Virus record (IMG/VR): IMGVR_UViG_3300031933_000117
Location: 2,688 to 66,687 of that record
Direction: 5' to 3' (one strand)
DNA: 64,000 nt
DNA from: a virus
Made by a program: the position numbers and the translations under genes. The notes under the pieces are model-generated. The model saw nothing but the letters and a program-made list of their open reading frames with translations. It was not told where the DNA came from and made no database searches. Below, in pieces: positions 45,805 to 55,345 of the stretch. Every line of letters begins with the position of its first letter. The first letter of the stretch is position 1.

Positions 45805-46274
45805 GCTCCATAACTGAAATTACCCTTGGCGATTACATCAAGTTTTTCCATTACTTCTGGCGGAAAATATTTTTCAATATTTTTCAGGATGTCTTTGGCA
45901 TAAAGTTTTTTACCATCAATTTCATATCGTCCGGCAACATTCTTCCACATTCCACCCAATTCACCAAGTTCAAGAAGACCATAATAACGATCAAGACCTC
46001 GTTCATCATAGAACAACCGAATTTGAACCTCTTGATTTTCTTTACTTAAACGAGACTTTTGAGTTTTAGCACGAATGATATTTCCAATTATTTCTGTTCC
46101 ATCTTTTTCTTTTGATTTGGAAAGATAGATGATTGTAGAGGCAGCATATTGTAATCCACTATTATGAGTTACTACACCATTTTCTAAAATATAATTTTCA
46201 TATTTTTCCACGGAGATATCATAAACATCTCCAACGCCAACACTTGTGATGGATTTTATTTTTTTAGTTTTCAT
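45801..46274 (-). CDS. uvsX: UvsX C-terminal part fused to split-intein C fragment (38 aa)
   Basis: MKTKKIKSI...VYDISVEKYENYILENGVVTHN|SGLQYAASTIIYL...KSRL; intein F/G blocks ending HN, Ser+1. Confidence 0.92.
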   Translation of the reverse strand: MKTKKIKSITSVGVGDVYDISVEKYENYILENGVVTHNSGLQYAASTIIYLSKSKEKDGTEIIGNIIRAKTQKSRLSKENQEVQIRLFYDERGLDRYYGLLELGELGGMWKNVAGRYEIDGKKLYAKDILKNIEKYFPPEVMEKLDVIAKGNFSYGA

Positions 46275-46933
46275 AATCTTTCTATCCTTATAATATTGTA
46301 GTTTTTTAATAAATGCTGAAATTGAGATTTAACTAACTTACACCCAAGATGTCCGGATTTCCCCAAATATATCCCCAAATACTTATACTGACTAAAAATA
46401 ATAAATGTACCATCATCGAAATAAACTTTTATGGGATTACTTTTCTTTATTGATAGTATTTTTTTAGTTTCTTCTGTGTGTTTTTTTCCGTAAAATGAAT
46501 TATTATTTAATAAGTTATATTCCTTATTTTTTATACTAATTAATTTTCTAGTTTCTTCAGTATGAGTTTTTCCATAAAATGAATTATTTTTTCCCATACT
46601 ATGAAGTCTATTATTTTCTATTATAGATTGATATATTTTTGAGTTTATTTTAATACAACTTCTACCAGAGTTTTTTCCCATAAATCTAACTAAAGCGCAA
46701 TACATTTTTTTCACATATTGAGACTCTACAGATTTAGAAAGTAACAGATGCGCTATAAAATGTTCTCTGGGGGTTAATAAGACTTTATTAGATGGGTTAT
46801 TACTACCACCCATACATTTTGGAACTATATGGTGAGAGTCATATATTCCACCATCTCCTTTACTCCTATTCATTTGTTTTCTTGTATTTACAAGATTCAT
46901 ATAAGTTTTAGTGTATTTGTTACAATTAAACAC
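46271..46933 (-). CDS. Free-standing HNH homing endonuclease (MobE-like, NUMOD3 repeats) splitting uvsX
   Basis: HHIVPKCMGGSN..SNKVLLTPREHFIAH; two SFYGK.HTEET repeats; late promoter upstream. Confidence 0.88.
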   Translation of the reverse strand: MFNCNKYTKTYMNLVNTRKQMNRSKGDGGIYDSHHIVPKCMGGSNNPSNKVLLTPREHFIAHLLLSKSVESQYVKKMYCALVRFMGKNSGRSCIKINSKIYQSIIENNRLHSMGKNNSFYGKTHTEETRKLISIKNKEYNLLNNNSFYGKKHTEETKKILSIKKSNPIKVYFDDGTFIIFSQYKYLGIYLGKSGHLGCKLVKSQFQHLLKNYNIIRIERL

Positions 46934-46997
46934 AACATAAAATACGAACCTAATACTATTTATAATATTCGTATTTTACACCGATACCGATTATAAG

Positions 46998-47918
46998 TCA
47001 AATACAACAAACTTCATTATCAACAACTAAATCTTTTGCCTCAATCCACATACCATCAATAAAAAATTTATGTTCTGGCGTACAGGTAACTTTATATCCA
47101 TCATCAAATTCTATCTGTAAAAGTTCTTTGTCCTTAAAATTGTGAGTTTCTAAAACTTTCATAAACTCACCTTCTTTTGTATATACAAAATCATTTTCAG
47201 TTATATCTTCGATATTTTTATACCCACCACGAGTAAAAATTTTAGTTCCGGGAGATAAGCACCCCCCGCTCATTTGTTTTCCACCATAAAGAGACATACT
47301 ATCATAGGTGTGATTTGTCACCAGCATAGGAATCTTTGCTTGACCCAGTTTGAGAGTAAGCATACGGAAAGCACCCTTAATCAATTGTGCCTTCGTCATA
47401 TCACGAGTATCCTTCTCCGCAAGAGCATCATTAATCTCTTTATTTGTAGAAAGCATTCCCAAGGAATCCAACACAAAGATACAAGGTTTTCTTTCTTCCT
47501 CCTTTTTCTTAAGGTAAATATCAACTGCCTTAAGTGTCTTGGTGCGAAACTCTTCAACCGTGACTACATTAACGACCACCAAACGATTTATATCAACTCC
47601 ACGAGACTCTAATAGTGATTTAGTAATTGCGGATTCAGTATCAAAGTATAGACAATACCCATCAGGATGAGTATCAAGAAAGTTCTTAACAACAGCGAGA
47701 CTGAAGAAAGTTTTTCCCGTAGAAGTTTCACCCGCGATAGCAGTAATCTTATTGCCAGATACACCACCAAATATACTACCGGATACAAGAGCATTAAAAA
47801 TGTATGAACCCGTATCCACATAAGTTTCAGTTTCATCAATCTCTGATGCGAGTTGCGTATATTCTCCCCCAATCTCCTTTACAATATCTTTAAGAAAACT
47901 TAATCCAGAATCAGTCAT
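46998..47918 (-). CDS. uvsX: UvsX N-terminal part fused to split-intein N fragment (87 aa, 47261-47001)
   Basis: Likely start MTDSG; AGETSTGKT, FDTES, DSLG, TNHTY..MSGG|CLSPGT...CTPEHKF; intein A and B blocks. Confidence 0.92.
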   Translation of the reverse strand: MTDSGLSFLKDIVKEIGGEYTQLASEIDETETYVDTGSYIFNALVSGSIFGGVSGNKITAIAGETSTGKTFFSLAVVKNFLDTHPDGYCLYFDTESAITKSLLESRGVDINRLVVVNVVTVEEFRTKTLKAVDIYLKKKEEERKPCIFVLDSLGMLSTNKEINDALAEKDTRDMTKAQLIKGAFRMLTLKLGQAKIPMLVTNHTYDSMSLYGGKQMSGGCLSPGTKIFTRGGYKNIEDITENDFVYTKEGEFMKVLETHNFKDKELLQIEFDDGYKVTCTPEHKFFIDGMWIEAKDLVVDNEVCCI

Positions 47919-47919
47919 T

Positions 47920-48057
47920 TCATTCCTCCTTTTGTTTTTGTTTGTTGTCATAATTCATCTTATATCGCCAAAGTTTTTGATACAGGGCAACATCTCCACC
48001 TAATCTCATAGCACTAACAATCGTATCAAGTTCTTTTTCGTTAATTGGCAAGTTCAT
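47920..48057 (-). CDS. 45-aa hypothetical protein
   Basis: Read by hand: MNLPINEKELDTIVSAMRLGGDVALYQKLW...; overlaps gp43B stop. Confidence 0.55.
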   Translation of the reverse strand: MNLPINEKELDTIVSAMRLGGDVALYQKLWRYKMNYDNKQKQKEE

Positions 48058-49145
48058 TAGATAAAAAATGAATCAAGGTTTGCTGTATGTTCTGTTTTCC
48101 ATCCAATCGAATCTAAAATAGACTTAAGTGGGTCCAAGAAGCTCTTCTCAAATTGTAGTTCATAATCAATATATTTGTCAAGTCCCAATTCTTTAGGAAA
48201 ATCAGAAATAAAGGAAATGACATTCTCTCGTATGATATTCGGTTTTTTTAAGAAAATATACTTCACTTTCTCTCCATTATTAATAAGTGAATATTTATGA
48301 GTAAGTTTTTTCTCCTTTATATAATGATTAAACAAAAGAGAACCACGAATATGAATTGGAGTTCCTTTTGAGTATATTTCATTACGAGAACTATACTTCC
48401 TTATATCTGACGCTGTTCTGGGAAAGGCAATTTGCTCCGGAGAAAAAGTTCTAAACTCTTGCCGACATTCATTAATAAACTTGATTACCTCATCTTCGGT
48501 TCCACTCATCATAATCTTTAACCCATCCTTAATCATTTTACGACAAGGTGCTGGAGTTGAGGATTTGACCGCCTCAATTCCCATCATCTTGAGTTTTGGT
48601 TCGGCATAACGAACACCTTCACTATCCCAGACATTTAGAATATAACGCTTCTTCGCAGTCCAGATTCCTCGGTCGGCAATATTCTCCCGCTTCATAATCA
48701 TCTTCTGGTCGTAGGCATTCATATACTCCGCTAGTTCCTCATAGCAACCCTGAATATATTTTTCAATTTCGGTCTTACAGATTTTATCAAGAAACGAAAC
48801 AACAGATTCGGTAGTTTTTTTCTTTTCCTTATATACGGCATTTACCAGAGGTCCCATATTCAGGTAAATGGAGTCGGTGTCGGACGCAATCACATAATCA
48901 TAATCCTCAGTTTTAAGTATTTTATTGAAATATCTATTCATCTTATTTTCAATCCAACGAATCGCAACCTGCCCCGAAAGAGTAATCGCTTCGGCATTCT
49001 CAAGTTTATAATACCTGAAGTATTGATTTCCACAAGCACCGTAGGCAGAATTGAGAGATATTTTTTTAGACATCTGAATATTATTACATCTTGAAATCTC
49101 CTTTATAGTTTTTTCCCTCAAAGATTTTAATTGAGAATCGGACAT
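48057..49145 (-). CDS. DNA polymerase gp43, C-terminal subunit (gp43B)
   Basis: Likely start MSDSQL; KISLNSAYG (region III), YVIASDTDSIY (motif C), KKRY, KMMGIEAVKSSTP, C-terminal clamp-binding LDSFF. Confidence 0.9.
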   Translation of the reverse strand: MSDSQLKSLREKTIKEISRCNNIQMSKKISLNSAYGACGNQYFRYYKLENAEAITLSGQVAIRWIENKMNRYFNKILKTEDYDYVIASDTDSIYLNMGPLVNAVYKEKKKTTESVVSFLDKICKTEIEKYIQGCYEELAEYMNAYDQKMIMKRENIADRGIWTAKKRYILNVWDSEGVRYAEPKLKMMGIEAVKSSTPAPCRKMIKDGLKIMMSGTEDEVIKFINECRQEFRTFSPEQIAFPRTASDIRKYSSRNEIYSKGTPIHIRGSLLFNHYIKEKKLTHKYSLINNGEKVKYIFLKKPNIIRENVISFISDFPKELGLDKYIDYELQFEKSFLDPLKSILDSIGWKTEHTANLDSFFI

Positions 49146-49146
49146 T

Positions 49147-49851
49147 TCAGATAAGTTCACATTTCCATCCCTTTGCTTTACCTTTTGTAATAACTTTACC
49201 ATTTTTACTACTACTAACCCAAAGAGTAGAATGAGGTAAATTATTTTCTTTACACCAGTCTTCTAATCTATTGGTAATAATTTCTTCACCAATTGGAGAC
49301 GTTATTTTAAATGTTGAAGATAAACAATCTCTCATATGATCTTTATTTTCTTTCCAGTGGTTAGTAGACCAATCTCTCATAAATTCAGAATGTTCTGGTC
49401 TTTTTTTACCAGTATTAACTTCAAGTGCTTTTTTTAAGTTTTCTTTTGCTATACTAACATATTTTGGATTTCCAGTTTTAAGTTTTTTTTGAGATTCTGA
49501 AACTTTATTTCTAACTTCTAATGATTTTTTCATAGGATTATTATCTCCCTTACATAAACCATTAGCATTTACATAGTTCCAACCACCTTTTCCACCAACA
49601 TTCATATTATAGCATTTATCTTTTTTATAATGCTCCTCAACTATTTTTTCTTCTTTTAAATACATTTCATTTTCCTCATTACAAAATTCAACTATTTCTC
49701 TATAAAAATTTTCTTTACCATGTTTTTCTATTGCCTTTTTTAAAGCAACACCAGAACCTAAATATTCATCATTTATGTTTTTAGTGGAGTGTGCTCCATA
49801 ATAGTACTTACCATTTTTCATATTTGTTGTTTTGTATATGAAATAATACAT
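49147..49851 (-). CDS. Free-standing GIY-YIG (Seg-like) homing endonuclease splitting gp43
   Basis: FIYKTTN..NGKYYYGAH...YLGSG, ENFYREI, YNM..GG; late promoter upstream. Confidence 0.88.
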   Translation of the reverse strand: MYYFIYKTTNMKNGKYYYGAHSTKNINDEYLGSGVALKKAIEKHGKENFYREIVEFCNEENEMYLKEEKIVEEHYKKDKCYNMNVGGKGGWNYVNANGLCKGDNNPMKKSLEVRNKVSESQKKLKTGNPKYVSIAKENLKKALEVNTGKKRPEHSEFMRDWSTNHWKENKDHMRDCLSSTFKITSPIGEEIITNRLEDWCKENNLPHSTLWVSSSKNGKVITKGKAKGWKCELI

Positions 49852-49879
49852 CTAAAATACCTGTTTCCTACAGCACTAT

Positions 49880-51349
49880 TTATAATAGTTTCCTTTTTTT
49901 CATTTCCGATTCAATTTGCTCCAATTCTTTTTTTTCCTTAATCATCAGGTCCTTATACACAACGCGGTCGTTATACATTTTCTCCATGAGTTCGGGAAGG
50001 AATCCCCTCACATCTTTACGATACATCGCACCATTAGGACATACCGCATAGTCCTTATACTTCTCAAAAGTTAGTTCTTGGTTGAGAATCTTATCTACAG
50101 TTACGGTGGGGTGCCTTTTATCAACAAGAGTTTCTGGACTCACGTTAAATTCCATAATTAAATGCGGATAAAGTGAATTCAAATCGAAATTAACGACCCA
50201 ATCATAAACTCCGGGTACGGGTTCTTTTACATAGGCACCAGCATACTTTTCACTTTTTTCTGATTTAGTTTTAGGAGGAATTACAATATTCCTATCCTTA
50301 AGATAATTGTAAATGATAGTATCCCACATAGAAACTTGAGAGAATACATCATTATAATTAACCTTGGCATCATATGCCATCGTAAGTGCCAGTTCAATTA
50401 GTTTCATCTTGTCTTCCAATCGGTCAACAAGTTCTACGTCCTTTATGTTATACTCACAAAATTTCTGCCAACCTTTGGTATAAAAATCCTTAAAGGTATC
50501 AAACTCGGAGTGGTCCAGTTTTTTCTGCCCGAGTTCCACTTCGGCAATATAATCCAGACGATATGATTCCTGTGCCTTATAGGTAAACTTTTTATAAAGA
50601 TCCAAATAATCTAATTGTGATATGCCACCAATATTATAATAGATTTGATTTCTTCCCAAAACAAATGTCTCCTTTTCGGATACTATTCCCCACGGAGAAA
50701 TACGCTTCATTAACTTTTCGCCAAGTATTTTTTCGAGACGACGAACCAAATAAGGAATATCGTAAAACATACTATTCCATCCAGTAATAACCTCTGGTGT
50801 ATTTTCCTCAATCATCCACCAGCAAATAAAATCATTTAACAGATCATACTCGGAAGAAAATTGCCGGTAAGTAACATTTTTTTGATTATTTTGATAAGGT
50901 CCAAGTCCCCAAGTTCGGATTTGTTTTGTATTGTAATCCTGTAAAGTAATCAAAAGAACCTCTTCTGCTGCGGATTCTACATCAGGAAATCCATTCTCCG
51001 ATGCGACCTCAATATCAATAGTGGTTAGTTTAATTTTACCAATATCAAACTTAATTTCAGTTTCTGGATATTTGTCAGAAATGTATTGATAAATGTACCG
51101 GTCATTCCCATAGATTTTAAAGTTTTCTACATTATCATACTTTTTAAGAAACTCTCTACATTCTTTTACCGAACCCGGTTGAATAGATTCTACATATTCT
51201 CCCTGAAGTGTTTTATATTTGGTTGGTTTTTTAGACGAAACAAAAAGAGTTGGAGAAAACTTTTCACGAGTCATAAAGTGGTTTCCGTCTTTATAACCTC
51301 TAACTAAAAAGTAATCTCCAATCATAAGTACATTTGTATAAAAATTCAT
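49880..51349 (-). CDS. DNA polymerase gp43, N-terminal subunit (gp43A: exonuclease + motif A)
   Basis: DIEV, TGWN..FYDIPY, YNIKDV exonuclease motifs; FDLNSLYP; stops after helical tail in fingers domain. Confidence 0.9.
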   Translation of the reverse strand: MNFYTNVLMIGDYFLVRGYKDGNHFMTREKFSPTLFVSSKKPTKYKTLQGEYVESIQPGSVKECREFLKKYDNVENFKIYGNDRYIYQYISDKYPETEIKFDIGKIKLTTIDIEVASENGFPDVESAAEEVLLITLQDYNTKQIRTWGLGPYQNNQKNVTYRQFSSEYDLLNDFICWWMIEENTPEVITGWNSMFYDIPYLVRRLEKILGEKLMKRISPWGIVSEKETFVLGRNQIYYNIGGISQLDYLDLYKKFTYKAQESYRLDYIAEVELGQKKLDHSEFDTFKDFYTKGWQKFCEYNIKDVELVDRLEDKMKLIELALTMAYDAKVNYNDVFSQVSMWDTIIYNYLKDRNIVIPPKTKSEKSEKYAGAYVKEPVPGVYDWVVNFDLNSLYPHLIMEFNVSPETLVDKRHPTVTVDKILNQELTFEKYKDYAVCPNGAMYRKDVRGFLPELMEKMYNDRVVYKDLMIKEKKELEQIESEMKKRKLL

Positions 51350-51603
51350 CAGGTAGTTAGTTCAAGATACTTTTCAGTAATTTCTTTTTTTGGATCAACA
51401 ATCGTTAAAATACTATCAGAATGAATCAACATTTCATTTTGATCTGTAACATCAGGCCAAGGAGTTAGATTCCCTTCCTTATCAATTTGATGTGGATTGA
51501 TAAGTTTACAATCTGGTTCACCAAGTTGAGATCCCAATTCAGCAATTTCGGTAATTAATACCGTATTAATCTTCAAAAGAAGACACTTCACATTCCGTTC
51601 CAT
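51349..51603 (-). CDS. Conserved-type hypothetical protein
   Basis: ORF in replication operon; similar short beta-rich type to neighbour. Confidence 0.6.
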   Translation of the reverse strand: MERNVKCLLLKINTVLITEIAELGSQLGEPDCKLINPHQIDKEGNLTPWPDVTDQNEMLIHSDSILTIVDPKKEITEKYLELTT

Positions 51604-51901
51604 TTACTTTTTCCTCGTACATTTTTTTAATATCGTTGACTGGTTCAACAATTGTTACAATCCAATCCGGTCGAACTGGAATCTCACTATCACTCGTAAA
51701 CATAATCCAAGAAGAGAATGTTACACTAACGGTGCCGTCTTCAGGTTCTGCTGGTTCTTCGGTTAAGAAAATTGAATTGCTGATTTGCATTTTATGCGGA
51801 TTTTTAAATAAGTATCCACATACCTTCTCATCAGAAATTAATTCCTTAATATCAGCGATTACGGATTCTCCAGATTTTAATAGAGCAATTTTTACAGACA
51901 T
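51566..51901 (-). CDS. Conserved-type hypothetical protein
   Basis: Likely start MSVKIALLKSGESVIAD. Confidence 0.6.
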   Translation of the reverse strand: MSVKIALLKSGESVIADIKELISDEKVCGYLFKNPHKMQISNSIFLTEEPAEPEDGTVSVTFSSWIMFTSDSEIPVRPDWIVTIVEPVNDIKKMYEEKVNGTECEVSSFED

Positions 51902-52006
51902 TTTTAGTTTTCCTCTCAATTCATTATAGCACAAAAAAAGGGGAGGTGCAACTGGTTTTTGCCAGTCACCTCCCTGTAGCAACGATATTTGGGTGGACCT
52001 CTGTAT

Positions 52007-52441
52007 TTAGATGTAATCTTTCCTCTTATGATGATCCGGGACAACTCTTCCGAGAGTAATTGATAAGAGTCCGTCCTCAAAATCAACAGATCTAACTTCT
52101 GTATCATCAGAAAGCGTCCAAGATCTGGTGAAGGATCTTTGAGCCAATCCTTTATGGAGGTAATTAGATTCTGTCTCTTTATCTTCTTTTTGACCTTCAA
52201 CGAAAAGTTTTCCATCTTGAGTATAAACAAAGACTTCTTTTTTTCTAAATCCGGCAAGAGCCAATTCGAGTCTTGATTCTAAATTATTGATTTGAACCAA
52301 GTTGTATGGAGGATAATTTGAAGTTGTTTCATGAAGATTAAACAAACGATCAAAATATTCATCCAGTCCAATACTGTTTCTTGTGATCTTATCCATTAGA
52401 TTGGGAAGATCCGCAGCAGTATACCTTGTAAGATTAGTCAT
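52007..52441 (-). CDS. Small heat shock protein Hsp20
   Basis: YPPYNL, ELALAGF, HKGLAQRSFTRSW, FEDGLL. Confidence 0.92.
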   Translation of the reverse strand: MTNLTRYTAADLPNLMDKITRNSIGLDEYFDRLFNLHETTSNYPPYNLVQINNLESRLELALAGFRKKEVFVYTQDGKLFVEGQKEDKETESNYLHKGLAQRSFTRSWTLSDDTEVRSVDFEDGLLSITLGRVVPDHHKRKDYI

Positions 52442-52548
52442 TTTAGTATCTCCTTAAAAAGCGAGGTTTGATTGTGTGGATCCTTTCGGCATCCGTATAT
52501 AATTATAAGACTTTCATAAAAAAAGCGGGATAGTATTTCCCGCACCTT

Positions 52549-52797
52549 TTATTCGGTTTTTTCTACTTCCTCAAGATGTTCCTTTAGAGCATTTTTCCAC
52601 TGCTTTTCAGTATAACCACAAGCAATAAAAAATCTCCTTACCATTTCTAAAAATTGATTTTCATTTAGATATGGATCATCGCATATAATATCCACATCCT
52701 CTTTGGGCAAAATAAACTTGGCATCCGGATTTGTGTGCCAAGCAGCGTTTTCATTACTATGATTATAACGAAATTGAAAACTTCCAGAAGCCATCAC
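52549..52797 (-). CDS. Hypothetical protein
   Basis: ORF track. Confidence 0.5.
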   Translation of the reverse strand: MMASGSFQFRYNHSNENAAWHTNPDAKFILPKEDVDIICDDPYLNENQFLEMVRRFFIACGYTEKQWKNALKEHLEEVEKTE

Positions 52798-53246
52798 TCA
52801 GCATCCTCAACAATTTTCTTTTTAGAACCAATATTATACTTAGTTTCCAAAACCCAATCTTCCTTATCCTTATAAGCAAGAACTTTGATTTGATTTAGTG
52901 GAGCAATATCCTGAATCTTGGCAACATCCACAATCTCAATCAAACCCCAATCCGCAAGAAGTTGAGCGATTCGATTACGACGCTGAACGTCATTCACAGT
53001 AAGATTTGCGTGTTTGCCATCAAGTGCGAAAAGCTCTTTAAAATGCGTAATATAATAACGACCTTGCTTATGAAGAATATGACAAGATTGATAAAGTTTT
53101 TTCTCTTTTCTTGATGCTACACCGATTCTCGTAAGAGTTTCACGAACCTTTAAAAAATCATCCGGTTCATTAAGAATTACTTCCACCATTTGATCTGGAG
53201 TCCATTTCACAATAGGTTCATTTACGACTGACATAATTTTCCTCAA
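52794..53246 (-). CDS. regA: Translational repressor RegA
   Basis: DDFLKVRETLTRIG, LYQSCHILHKQGRYYITHFKELF. Confidence 0.93.
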   Translation of the reverse strand: MRKIMSVVNEPIVKWTPDQMVEVILNEPDDFLKVRETLTRIGVASRKEKKLYQSCHILHKQGRYYITHFKELFALDGKHANLTVNDVQRRNRIAQLLADWGLIEIVDVAKIQDIAPLNQIKVLAYKDKEDWVLETKYNIGSKKKIVEDAE

Positions 53247-53299
53247 AATTATTTACATATCTTTTATTTAGGTTTTGTATCCTTTGGGTCATTTATAAA

Positions 53300-53686
53300 T
53301 TATTTTGTTCCTCCGGTTTCAATTTTTGACTTTATAAAATTAAGTTGCTCTTTGGTGAGAACTCTCAACGCTTGTTTTGCCTTCTCATTACTATATCCAT
53401 AATAACTTTTAACACAATCAAGATCTTTGATTTTATCTTTATAAATCCAAGGAGAATATCTTTTCCTTTTTCTCAAACTATTTAAGTAAAATGAATATTG
53501 AATATCTTTGTCAAGATGATGATTGATATTCATTTCGTTCACATACATAATTGTATCTATCTCACCGGATAAGCATTTGTTAATCACAAACGGAACATAT
53601 TCCTTGATAAGAGATGGATCTTCCTCCAACAGATTTTTCTTGGAGAAATTGATCGAGTTTAACCAGTCTTTTAATTCAGTCACCAA
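53300..53686 (-). CDS. Clamp loader small subunit (gp62-like)
   Basis: YVPFVINKCLS, QYSFYLN, YYGYSNEKAKQAL. Confidence 0.88.
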   Translation of the reverse strand: MVTELKDWLNSINFSKKNLLEEDPSLIKEYVPFVINKCLSGEIDTIMYVNEMNINHHLDKDIQYSFYLNSLRKRKRYSPWIYKDKIKDLDCVKSYYGYSNEKAKQALRVLTKEQLNFIKSKIETGGTK

Positions 53687-54578
53687 TCAATCCCTCACTT
53701 TTTAATCTATTGTAATTATAACATCCATCAAAATTAAATTGGATTTTTGGAGTTTTATTATAATTAAATAACAATAGTTCCTTTCTTTGCTTTTGATCTC
53801 GCATATATTCACCAACCGAACGCATCGTATAAGTTAAATCAAACTCTGCGGCAGTCCAGTTCTTAAATCTATCTTTTACTAACTGATCTGAATTGTAACT
53901 AATCAACTGATCCATAGTATTAGCATCACAATCAGCAGCAAACTTATCGTGATCGAATCCTTTGTGCATTGCTCCCTTGCGCCCATAGAGATTATCCTTA
54001 ATATCATAAGGAGGATCAAGATACATAAAGGCACCCATATTTCCATCCATCAAATAATCATAGGAATAATTGGTTATTCTCCATTTAGAGATAAGTTTAG
54101 AATACTCGGGCAGTTTCTCAATTCCACGAAAACTAAAATTAGATTTGGATGCCTGTGCCGAAAATGAAGAACTTTCAGTAAGACCACTAAAAGAACACTT
54201 ATTCACAATATAAAATGCTATGGCACGATCTACTGAAGTTTCTGCCGGATCATTAATCATATCCTTTGCGGCAAGAAAAAGTTCCTTTGCTGCCTCTGGA
54301 TTATAGTGATTGGATTTTTCACGAGAAAGAGTATCTCGTAAATCATCCGGAAATGTCTGTAGTACCTGCCAGAAGTTTACAAGAGGTTCATAAAGGTCAT
54401 TTACCCAAATCTTAATGTTTGGATATTTTTTTGTAATATGAATGGCAACACTTCCACCACCAACGAATGGTTCCCGAAACTCATCATAGTTTCGTAGGTC
54501 GGGAAAATGTGGATCCATCTTGACGCAAGCACGAGACTTACCGCCTGGATATCTTAAAGGAGTTTTAAGAGATTTCAT
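53676..54578 (-). CDS. dam: DNA adenine methyltransferase (Dam/D12 class)
   Basis: LRYPGGKS, EPFVGGGSV, YLDPPY. Confidence 0.88.
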   Translation of the reverse strand: MKSLKTPLRYPGGKSRACVKMDPHFPDLRNYDEFREPFVGGGSVAIHITKKYPNIKIWVNDLYEPLVNFWQVLQTFPDDLRDTLSREKSNHYNPEAAKELFLAAKDMINDPAETSVDRAIAFYIVNKCSFSGLTESSSFSAQASKSNFSFRGIEKLPEYSKLISKWRITNYSYDYLMDGNMGAFMYLDPPYDIKDNLYGRKGAMHKGFDHDKFAADCDANTMDQLISYNSDQLVKDRFKNWTAAEFDLTYTMRSVGEYMRDQKQRKELLLFNYNKTPKIQFNFDGCYNYNRLKSEGLIGD

Positions 54579-54579
54579 A

Positions 54580-55149
54580 CTACCACTCATAGGTTTCATC
54601 CTCCCATTTATAAAGTTCATCTACAATTTGATGATAAAGTTCCTTGACTTGTTTTTTGGGAGCAAGAGAAATATCTTTGGCGAGGTATTCTACATCTCCC
54701 TTATCAATAACAATCTTAAGTCCAGATTTAGAAATATTTTTTTCAGGATCAAATTTCTTAAGAGCATTCTCAAAAGATACCACTCCAATATGTCGTTGTG
54801 TTTGATCGATCAAAATCATTTCATCAAACTTTTTTTCTGGGAAATTATTATTTACAGTTCCCTGAAAGTTTTTAAGAGTTATTTCTTTCGTGTTGATGGT
54901 TTTATTAGTTTGAAATAATTTATCCAAACCCTTCGCCTCATATCTCCACAATTCCTCATTTACTTTAGTAGTAAAATCATGACCCAGAGTATCATTCAAT
55001 CCAACATAAACCAAGTTTTTACTTGTCTTTTCAATTGCCTTTTCGATAAATACTGCTCGACTAAACTTTTGACCACCAAATCTTAAACGACGAGTGTATT
55101 CAACTACTCCCATCACCATTTCAAAATCAAAATCAATTTTAGTTTTCAT
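54580..55149 (-). CDS. Hypothetical protein, possible PD-(D/E)XK nuclease
   Basis: GHDF...RYEAKG spacing resembles the D...ExK core; directly upstream of dam. Confidence 0.45.
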   Translation of the reverse strand: MKTKIDFDFEMVMGVVEYTRRLRFGGQKFSRAVFIEKAIEKTSKNLVYVGLNDTLGHDFTTKVNEELWRYEAKGLDKLFQTNKTINTKEITLKNFQGTVNNNFPEKKFDEMILIDQTQRHIGVVSFENALKKFDPEKNISKSGLKIVIDKGDVEYLAKDISLAPKKQVKELYHQIVDELYKWEDETYEW

Positions 55150-55345
55150 AATCTGCTGGGTGATACTTCAAATATTCTCTAAAGGTTAATTTCATTTCCT
55201 TGTGCGTCATACCACAATGTTTTGCGGCAGCGGGAACAGTCATTTTAGCGCGAAACAAACCTTCGTTTGCTTCTTTTACATTTTCCGGAGTTGTCTTGAC
55301 CGGAACCTCACATAATGATGCCTTGTCAATCTTATATGAGTTCAT
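55139..55345 (-). CDS. Hypothetical protein
   Basis: ORF in operon. Confidence 0.55.
   Translation of the reverse strand: MNSYKIDKASLCEVPVKTTPENVKEANEGLFRAKMTVPAAAKHCGMTHKEMKLTFREYLKYHPADYEN

Noticed and set aside
49852-49879. Possibility that the gp43 interruption is a group I intron or intein
   Set aside because: Flanks are only 28 nt and 1 nt, with no P/Q/R/S elements, no N-terminal Cys/Ser Hint block and no HN|C/S/T junction.
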